This document shows, piece after piece, positions 1 to 11,166 of a stretch of DNA of 64,000 nt (positions are counted from its first letter, which is position 1; each line of letters begins with the position of its first letter). The DNA is taken from the NCBI RefSeq assembly GCF_018350175.1, contig NC_058368.1, positions 179,740,001 to 179,804,000 of the forward strand, read 5' to 3'. The notes under the pieces were generated by a model, which saw only the letters and a list, made by a program, of their open reading frames with translations, was not told the origin of the DNA and did no database searches. The position numbers were made by a program, and so were the translations under genes. The DNA is from Felis catus (lineage: Eukaryota).

Positions 1-280
1 CACCAGCACCACGAAGGCCAGGACGGAGACGCCACAGCTACTGCCAGCACTGGACGCTAATCCCAGATAGAGATGGTCCTATTTGGCACCCCAGAAGTGG
101 GCTGTGCTGCCCCGCCCCCCTGCAAGAATTCTGCATGCCAACTGACACCATCCCAGGCAGGTGCATCTGAGCATCTGAGCCGGGGTCACATGCTTGCACC
201 ATTGCCACAAAGGAAGCTGGGAAAGTGATCTGGCTATTCTGACTTCTAGAGAGGAAGGCAGACTACACCCTGCACTGAGA
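1..280. mobile_element. MaLR LTR fragment (MLT1K-like), truncated by window start
   Basis: ggtcacatgcttgcaccattgccacaaaggaagctgggaaagtgatctggctattctgacttcta resembles recalled MLT1K consensus; similar segment at 16690-16830. Confidence 0.6.
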
Positions 281-290
281 TTTTGTGTAG

Positions 291-346
291 AAAAAAAAAA
301 GTGGAGTGGAGTAGAGTAGAATAGAATAGGAGTAAATAAAATAAAA
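291..346 (+). repeat. A10 followed by degenerate pentanucleotide repeat
   Basis: aaaaaaaaaa gtgga gtgga gtaga gtaga ataga atagg agtaa ataaa ataaa. Confidence 0.75.
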
Positions 347-1504
347 TGGCATATGTCCACCATGGCTCATCTTCCCTTTCCTAGAAATGCTGCCACCCTG
401 CGTGGGTCCCTGCTCACCATCCTCAGTCTCTAGCAGCTGCCACAGCTCATCTCCTACCTGCTGTGGGTCAACCGGAACCCATAACGTGATCAGCACTGCC
501 CACCTCTGAGACATTTTTCTGGGCCACTCGGTGATTTCACTGGGACATGTTACCTCCCTGGGCTGTCAGCCTGGATGGTGTGATTTCCAGAAGGCCCTCA
601 GCCCAGCTCACGCCATCTGTGAGCAGACTCTAAATCCGCCCACAGCACTGAGTAATAACTAATTATCAGGCCAGTCCAGCCCTGCCATGAGGCTCTGCAC
701 ACTTCTGCTCGGCATTGTGGCAGAAGGAGAGCTAGGCAAGGAACAGCACTGAGGGAGTCACAGGTCCCGGCAAGCCTGCCCTCCTTGTCATTTCCCTATT
801 GTCTCCCTGGAAACTAATCCTGTCCCTCTTGACAACTGCATGGTGAGGCTGCTTGCTTCAGTGATCGTCAAGGTAGCTTATCCCCTTGTTAATTAACTAC
901 TCAGGAAAATGCTGTACGACACTGTGCTCTTGGGCTTCTAGCTTGTTAACACGGGGGACTCCGGAGAAACTTTGACCTGGCTTGTGGCTGTGAGTTGGAT
1001 GACTCAAGAGAAAGGCTGGATGGAGGGGTGCTTGCTTCCTGCATGGCTCACCATCACTTTCAGGCACTATGGTTTGGACATAGGTAGGATGACTGGGACC
1101 GCAGCTGCCACTGGGAGATTTTGCTTTCTGCTACCTAAAGCAGACTGTCCCTTGCAGGGCCTTCGGCCATGGAGGCTGAATGACAGAATAGAAAGGCCTG
1201 CAATGTAGAATGTAACTAGAGGGCTAGAAATTAACCTCTTCATTTGGGCAATACTGTCCAAAGGAAGAAGTCAAAGATCAGGTGTGGCTTAAAACCCAAA
1301 TTCAATTTACTAACATTTTTTGGTCATCCATTACATGCCAGTCACTATGGTGAGCACGGGGGAAAGAACTGCCCAAGACATAGTCCCTCAGGGAGGTCAG
1401 TCTGTGAGGACAGATCAGACAATGGAATAGGCTACGTGGATGCAGAGGGGCAGTGGACCACGGAGGTGAGCAGGGATGCTGATGGGAGCATAATAGAGGG
1501 GCAT

Positions 1505-1925
1505 GGTATTAGCCTCCTGAAGCTGCTATAACAAATTGCCATGAATTTGTAGCTTAAAACAACAGAAACATTTTCTCTCACAGTCCTGGAGACCAGAAGT
1601 CTGAGATCAACAGGGCTTCCCTCCCTCTCCAGAGGGAGAAGAGAATTGGTTCCCAGCCTCTTCCAGCTCCTGGTGGCTCTCAGCCATCCTTGGCTTGTGG
1701 CTGCATCACTCTGGTCTTGTCTTCACATTGCCTTTCCTCTGTGTGTCTGTCTCCCTCTGCCTCTCTCTTATAAGGATACATGTAATGGCTCTTAGGGCCT
1801 GTTGAGAAAATCCAAGACAAGCTCCTTCTCTCAAGATCCTTAACATCTTTGGGGGTATAAAGTAAGACTGTCCCATAAGGTAATATTCAAAGGAAGTGAG
1901 TGTATCTTCAGGGGACCATTTTTCA
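1505..1925. mobile_element. MaLR solo LTR (MLT1B/C-like)
   Basis: gtattag..gctgctataacaaattgcca..gcttaaaacaacagaaa..ttctctcacagtcctggagaccagaagtctgagatcaa..cttataaggatacatgtaatgg..ctcaagatccttaac. Confidence 0.85.
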
Positions 1926-1989
1926 TCTTGGGCTTGGGGCAAGAAAAGCTTCCTAGAGGAATTAAGGACTGCTGGTCTGCTTAGGCTTG

Positions 1990-2465
1990 TTTGCAAGAGG
2001 GACCCATTCCCCACCCTTCCCTGCTCTGTTCTATGCCTCTGGGGCCCATCTCCTGCAGGCTGTGGTTCCTGTGCTCCTGTGTCAGCTGGCTCCTGAGTTC
2101 TACCAAACTGAACCATTCACAAGAGACATGAGGAGAGGGGGCTGGGAGAGAGAAGCCAAGGTACTCTTTTCCTTCTTCTTTCCCTAACTACTCCTCTGAT
2201 AGTGACTGTGTCACTGTGTCTCCTTCGTGGTTGCCTCTCCTGCCATTCGGGTCCCTGGACTCTGGTCACATTGCCTGCTCAGCTGTGTTTCTCCAACATA
2301 AGAGTGGGAATACCTTCTTATTGCTTCTCTGTGGGATAGCTCAGCGTCCTCTGTTAGGCTCTCGGCTCTGCTCTCACCTGCATAGCCAGTTCGCCTGCAT
2401 TAAATTCCTTCTGTAGGACATACTTACAGTGGCTTCAGTTCTCCTGGTAGGCCCTTGACCAACAC
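1990..2465 (+). mobile_element. ERVL solo LTR (LTR33-like)
   Basis: cccttccctgctctgttctatgcc..gggagagagaagccaaggta.. ending attaaattccttctgt..gtggcttcagttctcctgg..ttgaccaacac. Confidence 0.65.
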
Positions 2466-2519
2466 CAAGTCCATTTGGAGGATAAATAATTTAGGAGAGG
2501 GTGGAGGAGGACTGGTGTG

Positions 2520-2865
2520 CCAAGGGCTAATGGTGAGCAGGGCAGGCAGACCTTGCCTCTTTGCAACCCTCAGTCAGATGGAAGAGGCAGACATCAATCA
2601 ATTCACCACCCAAATACCTGTATGATGACAAACAAGGGTCAGTGTATGAAGGGAAAGTAGGATGGCTTTAGAAAATGCAGTGAGGGGACATCAGTCCAAC
2701 ATAAAGTGTTATTAGGGCTCCCTGAGGAGTGATGTTTGAGCTGAGCATTGAGACCTGAGCTAGGAGGTAACTCAGTGGAAGCACTCCAAAGACAGGATGA
2801 GTCATATGCAAAAGTCCTGATGTAGGAGGGAGCTCTCAGGGGTCTGAAAGAAGGTCAATGTGACT
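2520..2865 (-). mobile_element. L2 LINE fragment
   Basis: ggctccctgaggagtgatgtttgagctgag..atatgcaaaagtcctgatgtagga..gaaagaaggtcaatgtgactag, typical antisense L2. Confidence 0.65.
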
Positions 2866-3324
2866 AGTACCAACAGCTAGTACCAGCAGCTAGCTAGTAC
2901 AGGGCTTCCACCCTAGTACAGGAGGGACAGAAAGGATAGGCAGAAGGCAGGTTGGACAGGCAGGCTCTTGTGGGATTGGGGTTTGGGGAAAGCAGTCAAG
3001 TGGTAGGTTTTTTTGGGAGCAGAAAATATAGTCTAGGCTAGAAGCCACCTAAGGAAGGTCTTAGCTGGGCCATAGGCGATCAGGAACAGATGGAACCCCA
3101 CTCCCAACCCTGCCGTGGGTTGCCATGAGCAGCCATTGTACTTCTCAAGAAGTGAGGTAGCACATGCTCAGAGGCCATGAGAGAGAACTGCAGGATCCAG
3201 ACACCAGGAAGAAGTTTCTAGAAATTTACAGCCACAGAGGGGCCTGCCATCCTCAAAGAAGCCCTTGAACTCAGTGATGGATAGCCAGAATGAAGGATGA
3301 AGAAGACTCCAGCTGTGACTGGAC

Positions 3325-3535
3325 AGGGGTCCTTAAGTTTCCTTAGCACTTACATGCAGGCCACAAGTCCAGAGCTAGTCGCATCAGAATCCTAGGCACA
3401 TTTGCTCAAAACACAGGTTCTCTGGCCCCACCTCTAGAGACTCAGATGCAGTATTTCTGAAGAAGGGCCTGAATCTGTATTTGTCAAAGCCCCCTAGACT
3501 TTTTTATGCACAGACATGTTTAGCAACCAGTGCTC
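3325..3535. mobile_element. hAT-Charlie MITE (MER5A-like)
   Basis: gcatcagaatc..caggttctctggccccacctctagagactcagatgcagta..gaatctgtattt..tttagcaaccagtg. Confidence 0.75.
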
Positions 3536-6098
3536 AGTCTGATTCTTCAGTGGACACCTGCCCCATGTCTTATTTGGGGTGTAATCCTTGCTCCCTCCAC
3601 ACTACATCCCTCTCTCTGCTCGTGTTCACTCCTGGGGCCCATTATAAATCCCCGGTTCAGAAATGCTGGTTTTATGCTGTGATTCTTTCTGGGATGGCTG
3701 TGCCAATGCCCATTGCTTCTGTTGTTGTTAATGTTGCTGTTGTGATGGTGGCAACAGCTTCTTGTAAGAAAAAACTGGGGCAGTTTTTTGACAGGGAGTA
3801 TGGGGCCTGCGGATCTCAGCATGTTGCACACGCCCTTCTGGACCCTCTGTAACCCATGTTGTGGCTTCTGAAACTTCTGAAGCACCAGATACCACCTGGC
3901 TAAGATGAGAACAGCTTAGGAAGGCAGACAGGTTGTTCTCACTCACCAATGCCAGACAGACAGCTCTACCCAGCCCACCCCCAACTGTAGGAGGGAGAGT
4001 TGCTTACTTCCCACCTTACCTAAAGCCATTGTCCTTTGTTTCCTACTTTAGAGAACCTGCGGAAGAGTCATGTAGAGGCGCATCAGTGTTGGCATCTGGG
4101 GGCACCCCTGCCCCCTGCCTCCATTGCCCCACCTTCTTAGAAGCCAGGGAAGTCCCCACTTGTAGGTGGTCTGGGAAGAATAGGTGGTGGGAGAATAAAA
4201 GAGGACACGCCCAGGGACGGGGGCAACTTTTAGAACTCAAAATCATGACTTTGGACTCCCGGGTCCTGATCTGAGCTGTTTGTTCTCCTGCAAGTCATTT
4301 ATGTTTTGTTCATGTGTAAAATGGGGTGGTTGGCCTGTGTAACCTCTAAGCTTTTTTTTTTAAGTGTTTGTGCTTCTTGGCCTTGACCATTCTCACAGGA
4401 AAATAAAAATCGATTATACAGAATGCTAGAGCTTCTGAAGGACACCCCGTGGCTGGGAGTGGAAACGTCACTGGCTTTAGAGGTGGGCTGACATGTTTTG
4501 CTCAGGAAGCTGACTGCGTGAATCAGGGTCTCTGAGAAATTTCGGGAGTACCCGTGTGGAATAAAGGTTGGTGCTGACTCCCTGGGCTTCAGGCTAGTGT
4601 GTGGTGGCCAAGTCTGCTGTAGATCAAAGATGCCAACGTTGGACCAGCTAGCTTTTCAAGAGGGCTAAATGGTGCTGCCTGGCAACACCCGTGTCGTTTC
4701 TGTGCATGGCTTGGCCACACTGTCTATCCAGCCATGAAAATCACAGAAGGAATTTTCATCAGCTCTTTCATTAGTCCAGAAACTAGGGAGAGGATGGATC
4801 GGTATTAGGACTGGGGTGAGCATCGCATACCACTTGCTTGTCCCTTTAAGACTGATCTGCCTTGCTGCGCTGGGGCTGGCTGTGTTTGGTTTGGGTATTG
4901 ACACCAGGCCATTCTGATTCACAGCAGTCACCTCCTTCTTGTTTCCGTTTCATTAATTTTCATTAAGGCTTAAACAGCCATGCATGTGGCCTGGATTTGG
5001 GGAATCGGGTGGATCTGGACAATTAACAGCTCTTTAAGTTTTGCAGGTTATCTCTGAGTAGAGAGAGGCCAGAGAGAAAAACTCTTCCCCCCACCCCCTC
5101 TTTTACTGCTGTGTTAGTTGAAGCAATTTCAGTGGGATTAATTGACTGCCGGAATGATTTGCATTTTACTGCCCAGGTCTGCTCATTGGGTTAGAAGATG
5201 TCTTAAAAGCAGAAGGCCAAGGCTGCTGACAGCCTCAGAGACAGCAGGCTGCTCCACAAGGAAAGCGGACCAGCCATTCTCATTCTTTATAACTCGGTGG
5301 TGTAATAAGCCCCATGTGTTTCCAGCCGACCTGCTGTGGCTCTGAGAGTCAGGTTTTCTGTTTTTCCAGGGCCCAGGGAAGCAAGTAAGCCTGAACAGAG
5401 GGGGTTGGGGGTGCTGAGTTTAAGAAAGCAAGAAAACTGGGGTCTAGAAAAGACTGGACTTGGATAGCAACCCAGTAAGAATTTTCTCTGAAGGCTGGGT
5501 AAAAATCTAATCTATGTGTTGGTGCTGTTGAACTTGTAAAAGTTTATAGCTGTAAGGTCTTGTTGTCTGTAGCAGGGATTAGACCCTCCTACTGGGAAAA
5601 GCAGGTAACATGAATGGGTAAAGTCGGTCAGGTGGCCAGTGGAAGGAACTGAGCTCCTCTGGCCCATAGTGAGGCTTTGTGTGAATTAGGAAAAGGGGCC
5701 CCTTTCTCCCCATGGAAGCCAACTAGACCAGCTTTGATTTCATCCCGTCTGGGCCCCCTCAGCAGACACAACCAAATGCAGTGTCTCCCCAACCTAAGAG
5801 GGGTGCTCCACTCAGCTCCAAACAATGTTTATCAGGCAGGCATGTGGACCCAGCTTGCCAACTGCTTCTGATTCGTTTTTGTTTGTTTGTTTTGCTTGTT
5901 TGTTTCAGAATAAACTGGAAATCTAATTTGTGTGTGTGAAATGTCACAGGTTTAAAATGTATGCCACAACTTCAATTTTCTGTTTCACCTGAGGAGTGTT
6001 AGAGGGTACCACGAAGGCATGTGCGAGGGGTGGACTGGGCTGCAGCTTGCAGGCTCTGGTGCTATACCATAAAGGAGTTACTAATACTCTTGACTCCT

Positions 6099-6132
6099 AC
6101 ACACACACACACACACACACACATACACACAC
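6099..6132 (+). repeat. (AC)n microsatellite, one interruption
   Basis: acacac...acatacacacac seen directly. Confidence 0.95.
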
Positions 6133-8089
6133 CTGAAATGAAAAAGAGTTGAGGATTCTGGGATTCTTTTCTTTGATTCTAGTACGCAAATGAGCACACT
6201 TTTGGAAAACAAATGCCAAGCATGAGCATGTTCAGACCAGTAAGGTGGAGAGTGTCCTTGAAGAGAGTAAAATCCCAAGGGAGTGAGATGCAGGGAATGT
6301 ACGAAAAGGGGTATGTTAAGTGAGGCAAGCAGAGTTAACCAGGAGGGACAGTTCTGCTCCAAGGTGGGTATTTTTGATAGCCCATAATGAGCTTTACCTC
6401 ATTAATTGCCAGGCAGGCTAGAAAAATTCCAGGTGTTCCCCTGGGCATTAAAACTTGGGAAGGGGAAGGAAGAATTCCTGGAGGGCAGCTGGCATGCCTG
6501 CTTCCTGGTGGACAGAGCTCTGGGCAATACTGTGTGCTTCCCAGAGGCCTGTGATGGCCAATTCCAGCCCTGACAGTGTTTGGTCTTCCCTGCTGAGCCC
6601 AGATTGAGTGCATAGAGATGGCTAATTAAACTCTGAACTGACAAACACTGGAGAGGCTCCCCTTTGAAGAGCAAGAGATCGCAAGGACAATTTCCTGTTT
6701 GCCAATTTGCAACCCCCGGTCTCATCAGTATGGGATTGTGTTGAATTTAACTAAGGCATATGATGGCACTCAACACCATTTCCCATTTGCTGAAAGTTCT
6801 CATCATAGATTGGTGGTGATCTCTTTTCTTCTCCCATTTCATTTTCAGGTATGTGTGCTTTGGAGGGGATGGGGAGGTAGGTCAGTCAAGCTTTAATGGC
6901 CCAGTTAACCCCGAGTCTTTTCATAGGAATCTGTTCTGTTAAAGGAACAGATATAGGTCCTTCTGTCCATATATGTATATTCACACATGTATCCAGATTG
7001 CCATAGGCATTTGATAGGTAAATGCAGATGCACATAATAAATACAGAAGTAGAGGTAACGATGAGGTTAGTTTGGTTTGGAGCCTTTGCGTGTCCTCTTC
7101 CTCCTCTGGGGTGGCCAGTTGGTTCCCAGATAGTACTCACAGAGTGCATCTCACTGGCAACCAAGAGAACCAAATTCTTATCTTGGCCAACTTATGTCAC
7201 ATGTGGTAGTCATTCAATAAACATTAGGTAATTTGATTATGAGATCACTGCATTTGCTTTCAAGCTGTAAGAAAAAATGGATAAGTTCAAATTGAGAATT
7301 TACCCTGTATTGGACTGCAGGAACACCCCTACCAATGACTCAGTGACTGGGTAAGTGGTGTTATTGAGGCAAGGAGGAAGCAGGGATAAACTTAGCTGAA
7401 TGGAGCATGAAGTTGAATATGGTTGCTGATGAAGATACCAGGCAGAGGCAAAGGATAGTGGGTCTCATGGAAAAAGAGTGTTAAATAACATCACTTTTAG
7501 ATCTGTCATCTCTCCACTTTTCTCCGGGAACCTCTGGGCTGATTCAGTGGCAAACTGTGGTAACTCTTAGCTCTGGTGCAGTCTTCTCCCATTCTGCCAC
7601 GTGATTTTACACACACAGTACACACGCACACAGATACTTCCCAAATTCCTGGGCACTGGGGTGGGAAGAGCAGAATATAGAGAGCCAGTAGACAAACATC
7701 CAGCTTCGAGGAGTTTCCAGTGTGGTGGACGAAGGAGGCTTATGTGTTACTTTTTTAAATAAACTGCCTCATTACTCTTTTGGAAATAGGCAAGGCAGAC
7801 AGTATTAAAAAAGTGATAATTACTCCAACATTATCTTGACTAAACCTTTGTCAAAAACTCAAACCAGAAGTTCTGTAGATTAAAAAGAAATCAGAGGATA
7901 AAATATGAGCCCTATATCTTTGATATCTATCTGTGAGCTTCCTTAGGAATATAGGGAGGGAAGAGGGAAGAAGCTAGAAAAGACTGAATGTTTTCAACCA
8001 CCCACAGAAAGCTGTGGCTTGTTTAGCATGTTTTCCACTCATGGACCAGTTTGCTGGAATGGCCAGAGGTTGTCGCATTCTATCTAAGG

Positions 8090-8420
8090 ACATTTTACTG
8101 TGTTACTCTGTGCAAATCCCTATGCCTCTCTGAGTTCTATCTTCGTCATTTGCAAAATGTGTTAATAACAGGAATCCTATAGAGAGTTGTTCGTGTTAAA
8201 AGGGAAAACAAATACACCTTACCTTGTACAGTACTCCCTGAACTTTACAGTGTGGGGTCTGGAGACTCACTGACCTAGGTTCAGATGCTGGCTCTCCAGT
8301 TCTCTAGCTGTCCATTTTCTCAACTGAAAAGCTGTGCTGATAATGCATGTCATTGTGAGGAGTGAGACAGTGTATGCAAAAGAGCATAGTGCAGGGTCCA
8401 ACTTAGAATGAATTTTTTAG
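8090..8420 (+). mobile_element. Two adjacent MIR fragments
   Basis: tgtgttactctgtgcaaatccctatgcctctctgag..tttgcaaaatg; gggtctggagactcactgacctaggttcagatgctggctct. Confidence 0.6.
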
Positions 8421-9336
8421 AAGTCTGGGATGTCATTAGCTGCCTTAAATATAACTCATTCTAGCCAGCCTCTTACTACCACCACTCCTGCCCACTACTC
8501 AGACCTCCCACTAGCTGACAGACGCTTCCAGTAACTTTCTGGGACCTTCCCAGAGCAGACCCCTAAGTTCAGTATCCCCTCTCCTTGGAGACCCTGATGC
8601 GAGAAGGTTCTGAAGCATCCAGTCACTCCAAAACATGCCATAACCCCTCCCCGCCAGAGAAAAGAGCCCCTTAGCACTTGCACAATTGGAGACCCGTGTC
8701 AGGAGAATGGCCAGGAGCTTCCTGCTGAAACCCGAGGGCATGGCAGGTTTACAGAGGCCCTTCATTAAGATGAGTTATGAACCTGTGGGTCTCTCTGGCT
8801 CTATTTGGCCCAGGCTAGGAGTCTGAGGCCCAGCTGGCCCCCTGCAGGCACTGCCTGAAAACCCTCTTCCTCTCCTCCCCCTCCTGGGCTCCTTCCTACC
8901 CTGCTGTGTACCCCTTACCCTTGTTTAGTGAAAAAAGAAAAAAAAAAGCCATCAACCCCTCCTGGAGGTCCCCAGAGCAAGAGGTAGAGTTCAACCTGAG
9001 AAAATTCTTTCTTGTAAGTGGCAGGCACCTGGCTGAGGAGGCCTGGCCCAGACCCTTTGTGATGTGTGCTGAGACCTCTCCTGTCTTCCCTCTCTTCCCC
9101 CAGGCCATTTACAAGTCCTCACAGCCAGGGGGGGAGGGGAGCCAGGGGGGTGGGAGGAAGCAGGCACAGCCTTCGAACTGTCTGTGTATTTCCCATCCTA
9201 AGCCACAGGTCAGAGGCTATCCTGTCAGCTCCTCCAGTGTGCCTGGCTTTTTATGGTTTTGCTTTTTTTTTTTCTTTAAAACCGTGAAATATGATAAATG
9301 GTTGTTCAGAGAAGCCAAGCACAAATGCTCTCTGGA

Positions 9337-9385
9337 GCAGTGGTTCTTAAATGTTAATGTGCTTACAAATCACCAGGGAATCTGG
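9337..9385. mobile_element. MER5-type terminal fragment
   Basis: gcagtggttcttaaatgttaatgtgcttacaaatcaccagggaatct. Confidence 0.55.
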
Positions 9386-9664
9386 GCTTCACAGGGAAAG
9401 CCTCCAGCACGAAGGTGACATTCGGTGGCAGCCAGCTGAGGCCTCCGAGGGCTCATCTGCAGCATGAGGGATGGGAGTTAGACACTAACAAGGTCTCCCC
9501 ACCTGGCCACAGAGTTCGCTGTATGGCAGAATGGAGAGTTGCAGACGGATCAGAGAGCTGGGAGGTTTGTGAAAATAACTTCCCCAGGAGAGTTTTAAAA
9601 ATAGAAGAGGAAACTAATATTTACTGAGGGCGAACCGTGTATGCGCTTTATAGCTTTTGCCAGG

Positions 9665-9915
9665 GAGGCAGAATGACACAGTGATGCCTGTGTGGTTTTG
9701 GAGCTGGACTGCCCGGGATCAAGTCTAGCTCTATCACCTTCTAACGGGATCTTAGGCAAGTTATGTCATGTCTTCCAGCCTGAGACTCTGTCTTTATAAG
9801 GATCATAGTGATAGGTATGCATATGTCACAGCATTATTTTATTGGGGGTTAAATGAGATAGTATGTAAAAGCACTTAGCAGGGTGTTTGGCATATAAACA
9901 CTCCATAAACATTCT
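9665..9915 (+). mobile_element. MIR SINE, near full length
   Basis: ttttggagctggactgcccgggatcaagtctagctct..ttaggcaagtta..ttaaatgagatagtatgtaaaagcacttagca. Confidence 0.85.
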
Positions 9916-9925
9916 GTGCCATCAA

Positions 9926-9955
9926 CATCATCATCATCATCATCATCATCATCAT
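9926..9955 (+). repeat. (CAT)10 microsatellite at MIR 3' end
   Basis: catcatcat... seen directly. Confidence 0.9.
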
Positions 9956-10471
9956 TAACATAATCGCCTAGGACCTCAAAGTTTGCAATCCTGTCTCTGA
10001 CTCTACTCTCTCTGGTCAGTGGGAGCTTTTTTTCCAGCTGAAAGAATTGAAATTCTGTCAGGGACTAAGGATAAGAAGCAAAGCTTCTTTGTTTAGCTGG
10101 AGGCTGTGAGAGCTGAAAACAGAGACGCTGAAAGGAGTCAGGTGCCAAGAGGCCTCACCCTTTACTTCTCTGGTTTACACATCCACCTGGGTGAACCCTA
10201 GCCTGACAGTCTTGGGTGCTGTGAGGTATGTGCTCTCCCTCATGGAAAAGGAGGGAATGCATCAGCGAGTCATTGCCTGTTATCAGCAGCATGAGGGACA
10301 AGGACCTGCTGTTCTCTCCCCATCACCCCCCCCCACCACCACCACCACCACTCTCTCTCCTTCCCTTTTCTTTCCTTTTTAGAGTGTCAAAAATAAAGGC
10401 TGATTCTGGAAGCTGTGCTTTTTCTGACATTCCCAGAATTCCATGCAATTAAGCTTGAAATCTGGAGCCGA

Positions 10472-10730
10472 GGGGCTCTCCTGGGTGGCTCAGTCAGTTA
10501 AGCGTCCAACTCTTGGGTTTCGGCTCAGGTCATGATCTCATGGTTCAGGAGTTATATAGTTGGTGAGTTCAAGTCCCCCATCAAGCTCTGCACTCTCAGT
10601 ACAGAGCCCGCTTGGGATTCTCTCTCTTTCCTTCTCTCTGTGTCCCTCCACTGCTTGTGCTCACTCTCTCTCTTTCTCTCTCTCTCTCAAAATAAATAAA
10701 TGAACTCAAAAAAAAATTTTTTTTTAAAAA
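10472..10730 (+). mobile_element. CAN-SINE (older feliform subfamily), outer element of nested stack
   Basis: ggggctctcctgggtggctcagtcagttaagcgtccaactctt.., (CT)n, aaaataaataaa tail; TSD gaaatctggag at 10457-10467 and 11219-11229. Confidence 0.95.
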
Positions 10731-10743
10731 AGAGAGAAATCTG

Positions 10744-10945
10744 GGGGCACCTGGGTGGCTTGGTTGGTTAAACGTCTGACTTCGGCTCAGGTCATGATCT
10801 CACGGTCCATGAGTTCGAGCCCTGCGTCCGGCTCTGTGCTGACAGCTCAGAGCCTGGAGCCTGTTTCAGATTCTGTGTCTCCCTCTCTCTCTGCCCCTCC
10901 CCTGTTCAGGCTCTGTCTCTCTCTGTCTCAAAAATAATAAACTTT
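10744..10945 (+). mobile_element. SINEC_Fc-type CAN-SINE, middle element; its tail resumes at about 11177-11209
   Basis: ggggcacctgggtggct..gacagctcagagcctggagcctgtttcagattct; TSD aaaaagagagaaatctgg at 10727-10744 and 11210-11227. Confidence 0.95.
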
Positions 10946-11166
10946 GGGGCGCCTGGGTGGCGCAGTCGGTTAAGTGTCTGACTTCAGCCAGGTCACGATC
11001 TCACGGTCCATGAGTTCGAGCCCCGCGTCAGGCTCTGGGCTGATGGCTCGGAGCCTGGAACCTGTTTCGGATTCTGTGTCTCCCTTTCTCTCTGCCCCTC
11101 CCCCGTTCATGCTCTGTCTCTCTCTGTCCCAAAAATAAATAAACGTTGAAAAAAAATTAAAAAAAA
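10946..11166 (+). mobile_element. Young SINEC_Fc, innermost element
   Basis: ggggcgcctgggtggcgcagtcggttaag..cttcagccaggtcacgatc..; many CpGs retained; TSD-like aataaacttt (10936-10945) / aataaacgtt (11167-11176). Confidence 0.95.

Noticed and set aside
3481..3949. Three overlapping ORFs on both strands
   Set aside because: Low-complexity gttgtt/gtg sequence lacking stops; starts in a MER5; no homology recognised.
8906..9418. Longest ORF (170 aa)
   Set aside because: Runs through homopolymers, a G-rich tract and a MER5 fragment; no recognisable domain; non-ATG start.
10472..10560. tRNA-like A/B boxes at SINE 5' ends
   Set aside because: tRNA-derived SINE heads, not tRNA genes.
10755..10937. 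Recurring ORFs of the form AQSVKRPTSAQVMIS..SSPASGSVL..SLSQK (also 18045, 24253, 52575, 54287, 59675, 60095)
   Set aside because: They are translations of CAN-SINE copies, not a gene family.
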